Below, piece by piece: positions 19,432-28,194 of a stretch of 64,000 nt of DNA (positions are counted from its first letter, which is position 1; each line of letters starts with the position of its first letter). The notes below the pieces were generated by a model that saw only the letters and a list, made by a program, of their open reading frames with translations, searched no databases and had not been told where the DNA came from. The translations under genes were made by a program, and so were the position numbers. The DNA comes from an uncultured Gemmatimonadales bacterium (lineage in GTDB: Bacteria > Gemmatimonadota > Gemmatimonadetes > Gemmatimonadales > Gemmatimonadaceae), in the NCBI GenBank assembly GCA_963701965.1, contig OY969695.1:3392001-3456000 (forward strand), read 5' to 3'.

Positions 19432-21223
19432 ACACGTCGATTTCGACGTTCGACGGGGACTTGGCCGTCCGGTAGATCGTGTGTTGCCGCGCCTGATAGT
19501 CCTGGGGTCGCGCCTGGAAGATATTCGGCACGAACGTCTGGGGGTTCCGGTCATATAGCGGGAACCACGTGCTCTGCACCTGCACCATGATGCGGTGGCC
19601 AGCGCGGAACGTGTACGCCTGCTGGTGCAGATCGACCGTATAAGGCTCGACCTGCCCCGGCGGAATCGGCGCCGCGTGCTCGAAGCTCTGGCGATACCGG
19701 CCGCGCATGATGTCCGCCGTGACGATCAATTCGTATCCGCCCATGGTCGGCCGGTCGTCGATCGTGTCGGGATACACGTCGATGAGCTTCACGACCCAGT
19801 CCGCGTCGCTCCCGGTCGTCGCCGCATAGAGATGCGCGACGACGTTGCCCGCGACCGTGAGGTCTTCCGTCAGGGGCGCGGTCTGCCATGTCAACACGTC
19901 CGGGCGTTCGTCGACGAACCGCTGGTCCTCCGTCATCCACCGCCGCCAGCGCGACGTCGCCGAGTACGTCCGTTCGACGGGGCGCGGCCGGTAGGGTACC
20001 GGATGCGTCGGGTCCGAGACGTAGCGATCGGCGCCCGTGTCGGCCTTCGCCGGTGTCATCGACAGCGCGCGGCCCGACCGGAAGTACAGATGCTTGTGCG
20101 CGACACCGGGGGCCGGCCACTGCGCGAACGTGCGCCACGTGTCCGTGCCGCCGTCGAACACCGTGGCCGCCGGCGTCGTGCCGCCGGCCGAGTCGTGGAG
20201 CCAGTGCGCGAACCAGCGCGCTTCCAGCGCGCGGAAGTCGATGCCCGTCGGCCGGCCGAAGCGCGCGTTGCCGAGCGCGATGCCGGAATCACCGGCCCAT
20301 TGTCCGTGGAACCACGGACCCATGACCAATGAGACTTGGTGCGTCGTGTCGGTCCGCGCCAGCGTGCGATAGGTGAGGAGCGGGCCAAACTCGTCCTCTT
20401 GGTCCCACCATCCGCCGACGACCAGCGTCGGAATCGTCGCGTGCGGAAACGTCGTCGCCAACGATCGGCTCTTCCACTCCGCGTCGTAGGCGGGATGGGC
20501 GACGAACCGCTCCCAAGTCGGCCAGGCTGTGGCGCCGACCGATTTGGCCAGCGCGCCCAGCGTCGGATACGAGAGGTACCACTCGTACGTGTCGTACCGC
20601 GCCGGAGACGGCGTGACACTCTGGTCCTTCGACGCTTCCAGGGACCAGGCGTACTCGAGGCCGTACGTCAGGCGAAACGCGCCCTGGTGAAAGAAGTCGT
20701 CGCCAAGCCACGTGTCGGCCATCGGCGCCTGGGGACTGATCGCTTTGAGCGCCGGATGCGCGCCGATGCCCGCGACGGCGGCCAGCCAACCCGGATACGA
20801 GACGCCGTAGATGCCGACGCGTCCCGTGTTATCCGGGACATTGTGAATGAGCCACTCGATCGTGTCGTACGTGTCCGTGCTCTCGTCGGTGCCCGTCGTC
20901 GTCGTCTTCTGCGGCCGGTTCATGACAAAGGATCCCTCGGACTGAAAGCGTCCGCGGATGTCCTGCAACACGAAGATGTAGCCATCGGACACGAAGTCGG
21001 CGCGCCCTTCCGCAAATCGCGCCAGATCCATCGGCCCGCCCACTCCATACGGGGTCCGTGTCATGAGCATGGGCAGCGGGCCGGAGGCCCGCTCGGGGCG
21101 GATGATGACGGTGTAGAGGCGCACGCCGTCGCGCATGGGGATCATCGCGTCGGTCTTGACCAACTGGCCGGGCACCGGGCGCGCCAGCGCGGTGATCGCG
21201 AGCAGAGTGGGGAGGAGTTTCAC
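19424..21223 (-). CDS. CocE/NonD family hydrolase (S15; alpha-amino acid ester hydrolase-like)
   Basis: IPMRDGVRL, RTPY, QDIRGRFQSEG, GVSYPG, WFPLYDRNPQ. Confidence 0.92.
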   Translation of the reverse strand: MKLLPTLLAITALARPVPGQLVKTDAMIPMRDGVRLYTVIIRPERASGPLPMLMTRTPYGVGGPMDLARFAEGRADFVSDGYIFVLQDIRGRFQSEGSFVMNRPQKTTTTGTDESTDTYDTIEWLIHNVPDNTGRVGIYGVSYPGWLAAVAGIGAHPALKAISPQAPMADTWLGDDFFHQGAFRLTYGLEYAWSLEASKDQSVTPSPARYDTYEWYLSYPTLGALAKSVGATAWPTWERFVAHPAYDAEWKSRSLATTFPHATIPTLVVGGWWDQEDEFGPLLTYRTLARTDTTHQVSLVMGPWFHGQWAGDSGIALGNARFGRPTGIDFRALEARWFAHWLHDSAGGTTPAATVFDGGTDTWRTFAQWPAPGVAHKHLYFRSGRALSMTPAKADTGADRYVSDPTHPVPYRPRPVERTYSATSRWRRWMTEDQRFVDERPDVLTWQTAPLTEDLTVAGNVVAHLYAATTGSDADWVVKLIDVYPDTIDDRPTMGGYELIVTADIMRGRYRQSFEHAAPIPPGQVEPYTVDLHQQAYTFRAGHRIMVQVQSTWFPLYDRNPQTFVPNIFQARPQDYQARQHTIYRTAKSPSNVEIDVLP

Positions 21224-21308
21224 GGTGCCAAGTTGCGGGCTGAACCGTGTCCGCACAAGGCGCGTAGCACAAGGCGCCATAACACAAGGCGCCGTACCCG
21301 CTATTGCC

Positions 21309-21806
21309 CTACCGCTGGCGCTCGCGTTCGGAGTCGACGTTGGCCGACGAATCAGCGGCCATGAGCGTCAGCAGTTCCCGGCAACTCTCGAAGAACGTCG
21401 CCACCGCCTCGCGTTGCTCGTACAACGAGCGCGTCGGGCTCACGCCGGTGGCCGCCGCCCGGACTTCCGCCGCCGCGGTGCCGAGCACCGGATAGCGGCG
21501 CGCTTGCAGGTCGGACAATCCGTGGGCGGCGCGGATGAACGCGTCCCGCGCGATGTCCGCGTGCTCCGGCGTCCCGCGCGGCGAGCTTTCCAGGGCGCGC
21601 GCTTGATCGCGGATGGTCTCCATGGCGCCATCGCCGCCCGCCGCCGCGATGGCGTCGGTCAGCGTATAGAGCCGCATCGCCGTCAGTTCATCGGCGGTAC
21701 GCGGGGTCCAGGATGGTGCCTCGCCCTGGTCGCGGGTCGCGATGCCCCATCCAAGCAGCGCAATTAGTACCGTTCCAAGTACCCACGGCCAGGGCGGGCG
21801 AAGCAT
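21309..21806 (-). CDS. Hypothetical protein with N-terminal membrane anchor
   Basis: PWPWVLGTVLIALLGWGI then an alanine-rich helical region; start uncertain. Confidence 0.55.
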   Translation of the reverse strand: MLRPPWPWVLGTVLIALLGWGIATRDQGEAPSWTPRTADELTAMRLYTLTDAIAAAGGDGAMETIRDQARALESSPRGTPEHADIARDAFIRAAHGLSDLQARRYPVLGTAAAEVRAAATGVSPTRSLYEQREAVATFFESCRELLTLMAADSSANVDSERERQR

Positions 21807-21913
21807 TGGGTGACGATAAGCGCTGGTACGCCGCAGGTGTCCGGGGACATGGGACCGGGCAGGCGATCGGTGGGGCGAATACCCTGGGGGCCGGGATGAG
21901 ACGTTGCACCGCG

Positions 21914-22660
21914 TCACCCGCGCGGCAATCGATCACGATACTGCGGGCTCATCGGAATTTCCGTGCCATCGGTCAGCACGATCCGGTACTCGCCCGAGGG
22001 CAGCGCGCGCAGCTCGCGCACGAAGTCGATGCGCACTAGGAACGACCGGTGCACGCGCGCGAAACGGGACGAGTCGAGCCGGCCTTCGATGCCGCTCAAG
22101 GTCGAACGAATCAGGTAGGTCTTGAGACCCACGTGCAGGCGCAGGTAGTTGCGTTCCGCCTGCATCCAGTCGATCGAATCCGTCGGCACGAAAAAGGTCC
22201 GCCGGCCGACGGTCACGGCCACACGGTCGAGATGCGCCGCCCGCCCGCGGAGCGTCTGCACCAGCTCGCGCACCTCGGCGTCGAGCGATCCCGAACGCGC
22301 CGCTTGCAGCGCCGCGCGCGCGCGACCGAGCGAGCGCGCCAGTCGCTCCCGATCGTACGGCTTGAGCAGATAGTCGACCGCATCCGCATCGAACGCCTGC
22401 ACGGCGTGTTCGGCGTGCGCGGTGACGAAGATGACGAAGGGCCGCGGCGTGGTGCCCAGTCGCTCCAACATCGCGAAGCCATCGACTTCCGGCATCTGGA
22501 CATCGAGAAACAGGATGTCCGCCTTGCTCTCGGGCAACGCGCGCAACGCCTCCGTGGCGTCCTCGTAGTCGCCAATGACCTCGACGTCGGGATGCTCGGC
22601 CAGCATCGCCCGCAACCGGCGGCGGGCCAGCGGCTCGTCGTCGACCATGATGACTCTCAT
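21914..22660 (-). CDS. LytTR family response regulator
   Basis: VDDEPLAR, FLDVQMP, FVTA, DYLLKP, FARVHRSFLV. Confidence 0.95.
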   Translation of the reverse strand: MRVIMVDDEPLARRRLRAMLAEHPDVEVIGDYEDATEALRALPESKADILFLDVQMPEVDGFAMLERLGTTPRPFVIFVTAHAEHAVQAFDADAVDYLLKPYDRERLARSLGRARAALQAARSGSLDAEVRELVQTLRGRAAHLDRVAVTVGRRTFFVPTDSIDWMQAERNYLRLHVGLKTYLIRSTLSGIEGRLDSSRFARVHRSFLVRIDFVRELRALPSGEYRIVLTDGTEIPMSPQYRDRLPRG

Positions 22661-23769
22661 AGCGGCCGCAATGGCATCGAGATCGACACCAACGTGCCGC
22701 GCGGCGTCGCGGCCGACAGGGCCAGCGATGTTCCACCGGGGAACATGGCGTCGAGCCGGGCGCGCGTGCTGCCCAGACCGACCCGTTCCCGGCGGGCGTG
22801 CTCGGGCGGCGGCCCGATGCCGTCGTCCCGCACCGACAGCAGGAGCCGGTCACCGTCGCAACGGGCCTCGACCTCGATGTGGCCCGCCCCGCGCCGGGGC
22901 GCAATGCCGTGCGAGATCGCGTTCTCGATGAGCGGCTGCAACAGAAACGAGGGCACGCGCGCGTTGGCGGCGTTGGGGTCGATCTGCATCGACACCGACA
23001 GCCGGTCGCCGAACCGCATGCGTTGCAGCTCGATGTAGGAGTCCAGCCGGCGGAGCTCCGTCTGCAGGGTGATGTGGTCCCGGGCGTCCGTATCGAGCGA
23101 CAGCCGCAACAGGTCCCCGAGGCGCACCAGCATCGCCTCGGCGATCAGCGGGTCATCGGGCACGAGCGCGGCAATGGCGTTGAGGGTGTTGAACAGAAAG
23201 TGCGGCTGCAATTGCAAACTGAGCGCGTGCAGGCGCGCCTCGGCCAGCGATCGCTCGAGCCGGGCCGCTACGTCCCGCTCGCGCCGCGCGCGCTGCACGC
23301 GGGCCAGGACGTGGTACGACATCCAGAACAGCAGGACGGGCTGGAAGTTCGTTTCGAAGAGATAGCGGAACGTGAGGAGCGGGGAACCGAGCGCCAACCG
23401 GGCGCTGTGGGACAACGTGGCGCCCGCCACCCACAGTCCACGCACCATCCACGCCTGGGCGGCGGCGGTCGCCACGCCCAAGACCACCCATCCGGCGGCG
23501 TGCAATGCCAGACGCGGGCGGGCCAGCGGCATGCGGTCCAGGGCGGCAAACACAAATGGAATGAGCGCGAGCCAGAGCGCCAGGTCGGCCGTGGCGGCGA
23601 TGGCCACGTGGGCGACCGCCGGCTGAAACCCGACCGCGCGATTCGCGGCGAGGGTCGGCCGAATCGAGGCGAGTTCCAAGACCAGTTGCAGCGCCGCGAC
23701 GGCCGCCCACTCGGCGGGCGTCGCGTTGCGCGTTACCGCAGGGGTGGGCGCGCGGGTCGTCTCGTCCAC
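22657..23769 (-). CDS. LytS/YehU-type sensor histidine kinase
   Basis: LQLQPHFLFNTLNAI, LLQPLIENAISHG, DDGIG; N-terminal transmembrane segments. Confidence 0.92.
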   Translation of the reverse strand: MDETTRAPTPAVTRNATPAEWAAVAALQLVLELASIRPTLAANRAVGFQPAVAHVAIAATADLALWLALIPFVFAALDRMPLARPRLALHAAGWVVLGVATAAAQAWMVRGLWVAGATLSHSARLALGSPLLTFRYLFETNFQPVLLFWMSYHVLARVQRARRERDVAARLERSLAEARLHALSLQLQPHFLFNTLNAIAALVPDDPLIAEAMLVRLGDLLRLSLDTDARDHITLQTELRRLDSYIELQRMRFGDRLSVSMQIDPNAANARVPSFLLQPLIENAISHGIAPRRGAGHIEVEARCDGDRLLLSVRDDGIGPPPEHARRERVGLGSTRARLDAMFPGGTSLALSAATPRGTLVSISMPLRPL

Positions 23770-23790
23770 CCCATAATATGAATCGGCACC

Positions 23791-24234
23791 TCAGGAGGTG
23801 CTCGTGCGCGCGCGCGAACCACCACGTCGCGCGCGCGTGCCTTCCTCCGCGGCCTCTTCGGCCGTCACGAATACCCACCACACGAAGTCTTCGAGCTCCT
23901 CGGTGAGCGGGCCGCCGGTGTAACTCGGCAACACGCTGCATCCCCGAGCGGGAAGGGCGCGCAAGTTGATCCGGCGGCGCGCCAGATTCACGCGCGTGTA
24001 AGCAACGGGCACGAGGACACGCTCGTGGCTCGCTTCGAGGTCGACGATGAAATACTGCGCCTGCCCCTCGCACGTGCTTCTCACGGAACCTTCGATCGAT
24101 CCGACGGTCGTACGGTCGGCACCGTATACGATCCATCCGCTGTAGTCGATCATGCTGTGAAGCAAGCGGTCATCGCCGGAGACTCCAGACGACTCGGGCC
24201 CAATCAGGTTGGAATTGGGACGACGGGCATGCAT
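23791..24234 (-). CDS. PRC-barrel-like protein
   Basis: DYSGWIVYGADRTTVGSI..YFIVD..VLVPV..LPSY; start may be 24153. Confidence 0.65.
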   Translation of the reverse strand: MHARRPNSNLIGPESSGVSGDDRLLHSMIDYSGWIVYGADRTTVGSIEGSVRSTCEGQAQYFIVDLEASHERVLVPVAYTRVNLARRRINLRALPARGCSVLPSYTGGPLTEELEDFVWWVFVTAEEAAEEGTRARRGGSRARTSTS

Positions 24235-24288
24235 CGTGGGACGGCCCCGGCGCTTGCGTTCAAAGAGACACCAGAGTATTATCCAGAT

Positions 24289-24723
24289 ATGAACAAACCG
24301 GCGGTCGCGCCGTCAGTGACACCCGATCCGCTCATCTTCTCGCTTCTTCACGCGGCACACGCGGTGGAGAAACGCCTCGATGACGCGTTCGCGACCGTTG
24401 GGCTTTCGCTGGCCAAGTTCTCCGTGCTGTCGCAGCTGGCCCAGGCCGGCGCGCCGATGGCGTTGAGCGAGTTGGCGGCGCGGCTCAGCTGCGTACGGTC
24501 CAACATGACGCAGCTGGTGGACCGGTTGGAGAGCGACGGCCTCGTGCGTCGGGTCGATGATCCGGCCGATCGGCGTGTCGTGCTGGCCGCGTTGACGCCG
24601 TCGGGCGCGAAAGCGCAGGTGGCGGGTGCTCAGCAGTTCGCGGCGGTGCATAAGGAGTTCCTCGCGACGTTCAGCGCGCAGGACCGCCCGCATTCGGAAC
24701 GCCTGCTGTCAGCGATTACCTAA
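24289..24723 (+). CDS. MarR family regulator
   Basis: LSELAARL..NMTQLVDRLESDGLVRR..DRRVVLAALT. Confidence 0.92.
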   Translation: MNKPAVAPSVTPDPLIFSLLHAAHAVEKRLDDAFATVGLSLAKFSVLSQLAQAGAPMALSELAARLSCVRSNMTQLVDRLESDGLVRRVDDPADRRVVLAALTPSGAKAQVAGAQQFAAVHKEFLATFSAQDRPHSERLLSAIT

Positions 24724-24816
24724 GTGATGCGTTGTCCTTCTTAGCCCTCTTTTTGCGGACTGCTTCAGTGCTCGACAATCCAGCAGTCGATCATATCACC
24801 TTCCCCCATCCCTTCT

Positions 24817-25380
24817 ATGACTACTACTCAGAAACCGACGACAATGACGACGTGGCAGGTGGATTCGGCGCATACGAGCGCCGAGTTTGCTGTCCGCCAC
24901 CTCATGATCTCCACCGTGAAAGGCCACTTCACGGACATCACGGGTACCGTGGCGTTCGATGAGTCGGATCCGTCGGTCGTTGACGTCAACATCACGATCC
25001 AGACCGCCAGCATCGACACGCGACAGCCGCAGCGTGACGATCATCTGCGCTCCGCGGATTTCTTCGACGTGGCGAAGTATCCGACCATCACGTTCCACGG
25101 GAAGCGTCTGGATGGCGATCCCAGTGACGCCTTCGCGCTCACCGGCGATCTCACGATCCACGGCGTGACCAAGCCCATCACCCTCTCCGTGGCGGCTGAA
25201 GGTCGGGGCCCGGATCCGTTTGGCGGCGCCGAGCGGGCGGGGTTCAGCGCCACGGGTAAGCTCGATCGGCGCGACTATGGTCTCGTGTGGAACATGGCGA
25301 CCGAGGCGGGCGGCATTGCGGTCGGCCACGACGTCAAGCTCACGCTCGATCTGGAGCTGGTGAAGCCGAAGGTCGCGTAA
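24817..25380 (+). CDS. YceI family protein
   Basis: WQVDSAHTSAEFAVRHLMISTVKG, RDDHLRSADFFD, GDLTIHGVTK. Confidence 0.95.
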   Translation: MTTTQKPTTMTTWQVDSAHTSAEFAVRHLMISTVKGHFTDITGTVAFDESDPSVVDVNITIQTASIDTRQPQRDDHLRSADFFDVAKYPTITFHGKRLDGDPSDAFALTGDLTIHGVTKPITLSVAAEGRGPDPFGGAERAGFSATGKLDRRDYGLVWNMATEAGGIAVGHDVKLTLDLELVKPKVA

Positions 25381-25389
25381 GACTGAAGC

Positions 25390-25432
25390 GCAAAAGCCCC
25401 CTCCCCCTTTTCGGGGGAGGGGATTTTTGCTT
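25390..25432. terminator. Bidirectional intrinsic terminator
   Basis: C-rich/G-rich stem flanked by AAAA and TTTTT between the convergent yceI and TPR genes. Confidence 0.85.
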
Positions 25433-25438
25433 CTTGCG

Positions 25439-26305
25439 CTAGTGTTGCGTGAACGCCGTCGCCAGAGCGGCCAGATCGACCGGGTCCGTGCTCGGCGCGT
25501 CGACCCGCCCCGTGACCCGGGCCAGGCTCACCTGCGCTTTCGCGTATCCGCTATCGGCCGCTAGCGCGCTCTGATAGGCCGCGGCCGCCGCTGTGAAGTG
25601 TCCGGTGCGCTCGAGCGCGATTCCCAGGTTGTTCTCGAACGTGGCGACGCTGGAGTCCAGTTGCACCGCGCGCGCCAGCGGGCCCAGCGCCTCGGGATAG
25701 CGGCCGGCGTCGATCAGCAGCACGCCCATGTTGTTCATCGACCAGGTATCCGTCGAGTCGATCGAGATCGCCGTCCGGTAGGCGTTGAGCGCGTCGTCCA
25801 CCTGGCCGAGGTGGCCTTCAACGCGGCCCATGACGCGCCAGCTGGCGCCGTTCATCGAGTCGATCGCGATCGCGTCCTTGATCCGCTCCAGCGCCTCCGA
25901 GCCCTTGTCCTGATCGAGCAGCACGCGGCCCAGATTCACCAGCGCCTTCACATGCTGCGGGTCGCGCTGCAGCACGGCCTCGAACGCGTCGCGCGCCTTG
26001 TCCAACTGGCCCGCCTTCCATGCCGAGAGGCCGAGCATGTAGTAGCCCCACGGATTCTCCGTGCGGTCTTTCGTGTAGGCATCGAACTTGGTGACGGCCG
26101 TCGCGTAGTCGTGCGACGTGAAGCTCGACTCCGCGTCCGCGTAGGTCACGTGGATCGGGGCCGGCGGCGCCGCCGTCACCGGCGTCGCCGTAGGGGTCAC
26201 CGGCTCCCCGTTCGACACCTGCACGGGGGGCTTTGCGCGGCACGCCGCGATGGAGAGGAGAGCGAGACCTGCAATCGTCGGGCGGTACATGGTGGGGCGG
26301 TACAT
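25439..26305 (-). CDS. TPR lipoprotein
   Basis: Lipobox IAAC; TPRs (ALVNLGRVL, SMNNMGVLL, NNLGIAL); RBS-like GAGGT upstream. Confidence 0.88.
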   Translation of the reverse strand: MYRPTMYRPTIAGLALLSIAACRAKPPVQVSNGEPVTPTATPVTAAPPAPIHVTYADAESSFTSHDYATAVTKFDAYTKDRTENPWGYYMLGLSAWKAGQLDKARDAFEAVLQRDPQHVKALVNLGRVLLDQDKGSEALERIKDAIAIDSMNGASWRVMGRVEGHLGQVDDALNAYRTAISIDSTDTWSMNNMGVLLIDAGRYPEALGPLARAVQLDSSVATFENNLGIALERTGHFTAAAAAYQSALAADSGYAKAQVSLARVTGRVDAPSTDPVDLAALATAFTQH

Positions 26306-26340
26306 GGTGCGACCTCGGGTTGGGGTTGCCCCATACCCAA

Positions 26341-26356
26341 AGCAATCGCGCGACCG
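26341..26356 (-). promoter_or_regulatory. Candidate sigma-54 (-24/-12) promoter of the TPR gene
   Basis: Minus strand CGGTCGCGCGATTGCT = GG-N10-GC with TTGC, about 35 bp upstream of the start. Confidence 0.5.
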
Positions 26357-26441
26357 CGTCGCGGCGCTGCGCGCCGACGACGTCAACTCCCTACGCCATC
26401 ACACGTTGCGCGCACGCCCCCAATTCCAACATCACGTGATC

Positions 26442-26491
26442 GTGTCCATGCGGACACGCCGCCGGTCACGCCCCTGTGTCCACCGGGACAC
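26442..26491. promoter_or_regulatory. Tandem palindromes GTGTCC-N4-GGACAC (candidate enhancer/UAS)
   Basis: GTGTCCatgcGGACAC at 26442-26457 and GTGTCCaccgGGACAC at 26476-26491. Confidence 0.6.
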
Positions 26492-26820
26492 GCCCGAGAT
26501 GTAGTCGTAATCCACGAACGAGCGCCCGGCGATAATTCGTCGCAGGCGGCACTGTCCTCTCAGCCACGGCCCGAGAGGCCATGGTGATCCACCAACGAGC
26601 ACGGCGACACTTCGTGGCAGGCGGGTTGTCCTCTCAGCCACAGCCCGAGAGCTCATGGTGATCCACCAACGAGAGCACGGCGACAATTCGTAGCAGGCGG
26701 CGTTGTCCACTCGGTTTTCAGCCCGAGATGCAGCTGTAATTCACGAACGAGCGCCCGGCGATAATTCGTCGCAGGCGGCCTGCTGTACCGAGACGCCGGA
26801 GACGAATTATCGCCGGGCGC
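26492..26820. repeat. Degenerate tandem repeat (4 units, about 74-80 bp) with terminal inverted repeat
   Basis: Units begin GCCCGAGA at 26492, 26569, 26643 and 26721. GCGCCCGGCGATAATTCGTC (26751-26770) is inverted at 26801-26820. Confidence 0.85.
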
Positions 26821-26844
26821 CGCCGGCCGACCTCAGTTTGCCCG

Positions 26845-28194
26845 TCAATCGCGAGTAATCCCATGCCGCCGCATGATCTTGAGGAGGCTGGCATGATCCG
26901 CGAGTCCCAACTCTGCGGCCGTGCGCGTAACATGCCCGTCGTTGCGCTCCAACGCCGCCAAGATGATCTGCCGCTCCGCCTCTGCTTTCCGTTCGAGAAA
27001 CGTGCGAGCGGTCCCGACTGGGACGTGAGCCGACTGGATCTCGACGGGAACATGCTCGGCGCCGATAACCTCGCCGTCCGCCGCAATGACCATACGCTCG
27101 ACGACATTGCGCAGCTCGCGGACATTGTTCTGCCGCCACTCATACGCCATGAGCACCGGCAATACCCCAGGCCCCAGCTTCTTCCGTCGGATACCAAACC
27201 GCTCGGCGATCCGCGCTAGCAGATGCTCGACCAACTCCGGCACATCCGACAGCCGTTCCCGGAGCGGCGGCACCCGCAGCACATGCACATTGAGCCGAAA
27301 ATAGAGATCCCGCCGAAACCTCCCGTCGCGCACCTCGCCTTCCAACTCGCGGTTGGTGGCCGCAACAACCCGCGCCGGCACCGCGACGGGCCGGTTGCTC
27401 CCCAACCGGACAACCGCGCGTTCTTCCAGCACGCGCAGCAGTTTGGCCTGCGCCGGGAGCGGAAGCTCACCGATCTCGTCGAGGAACAACGTGCCTTTGC
27501 CCGCCGACTCGAACGCCCCTTTGCGGGTGACGCTAGCCCCGGTAAACGCCCCCCGCTCATGCCCAAAGAGCTCGCTCTCGACCAGCTGCTCAGGCAACGC
27601 CGCACTATTGACGGCGACAAACGGCTCACGCGCACCAGGACCGAGCCGATGGACGTCGCGCGCGACGAGCTCTTTCCCCGACCCGCTCTCCCCAACGATG
27701 AGCACCGGACTCGGGATGGACGCCACCCGGACGATCGCGTCCTTGAGCGCCTGCATGGCCGGACTCGAGCCGAGGAGCGCGCTGTCGTCACTCGCGTAAC
27801 GCCGGAGGGCCGAGACCTCCGCGAGCATGCGCCGGCGCTCGATGGCGTTCTCGACCTCCCGCGCGACCCGTTCGACCGGCTCCTCCTTGTCGATGAACCC
27901 ATACGCCCCAAGGCGTATCGCTTGCGCGCACCGGTCGTAGCTGCCGGTGCCCGTATAGACGATGACCGGGACGTCGAGGCCCCGCTCCCGCATGGCGCGC
28001 AGCACCGCGAATCCGTCCATTCGCGGCATCTCCAGATCGAGGATGACACAGTCGATCGCCTCGCGCGCCAGCACCTCCAACGCGTCGTCCCCCGACCCCG
28101 CGATGACCACCTCATGCCCAGCCAGCCGCCGCAAATCGTAGGCATACTGCTCGGCCAGCGCGACGTTGTCATCGCAGACGAGAATCGTGCTCAT
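26845..28194 (-). CDS. Sigma-54-dependent response regulator (NtrC/AtoC family)
   Basis: Receiver domain, GESGSGKE, ESELFGHERGAFTGA, FLDEIGE, C-terminal HTH. Confidence 0.95.
   Translation of the reverse strand: MSTILVCDDNVALAEQYAYDLRRLAGHEVVIAGSGDDALEVLAREAIDCVILDLEMPRMDGFAVLRAMRERGLDVPVIVYTGTGSYDRCAQAIRLGAYGFIDKEEPVERVAREVENAIERRRMLAEVSALRRYASDDSALLGSSPAMQALKDAIVRVASIPSPVLIVGESGSGKELVARDVHRLGPGAREPFVAVNSAALPEQLVESELFGHERGAFTGASVTRKGAFESAGKGTLFLDEIGELPLPAQAKLLRVLEERAVVRLGSNRPVAVPARVVAATNRELEGEVRDGRFRRDLYFRLNVHVLRVPPLRERLSDVPELVEHLLARIAERFGIRRKKLGPGVLPVLMAYEWRQNNVRELRNVVERMVIAADGEVIGAEHVPVEIQSAHVPVGTARTFLERKAEAERQIILAALERNDGHVTRTAAELGLADHASLLKIMRRHGITRD

Noticed and set aside
26492..26820. 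Degenerate CRISPR or attC cassette array
   Set aside because: No constant repeat with unique spacers, no cassette ORFs and no integrase.
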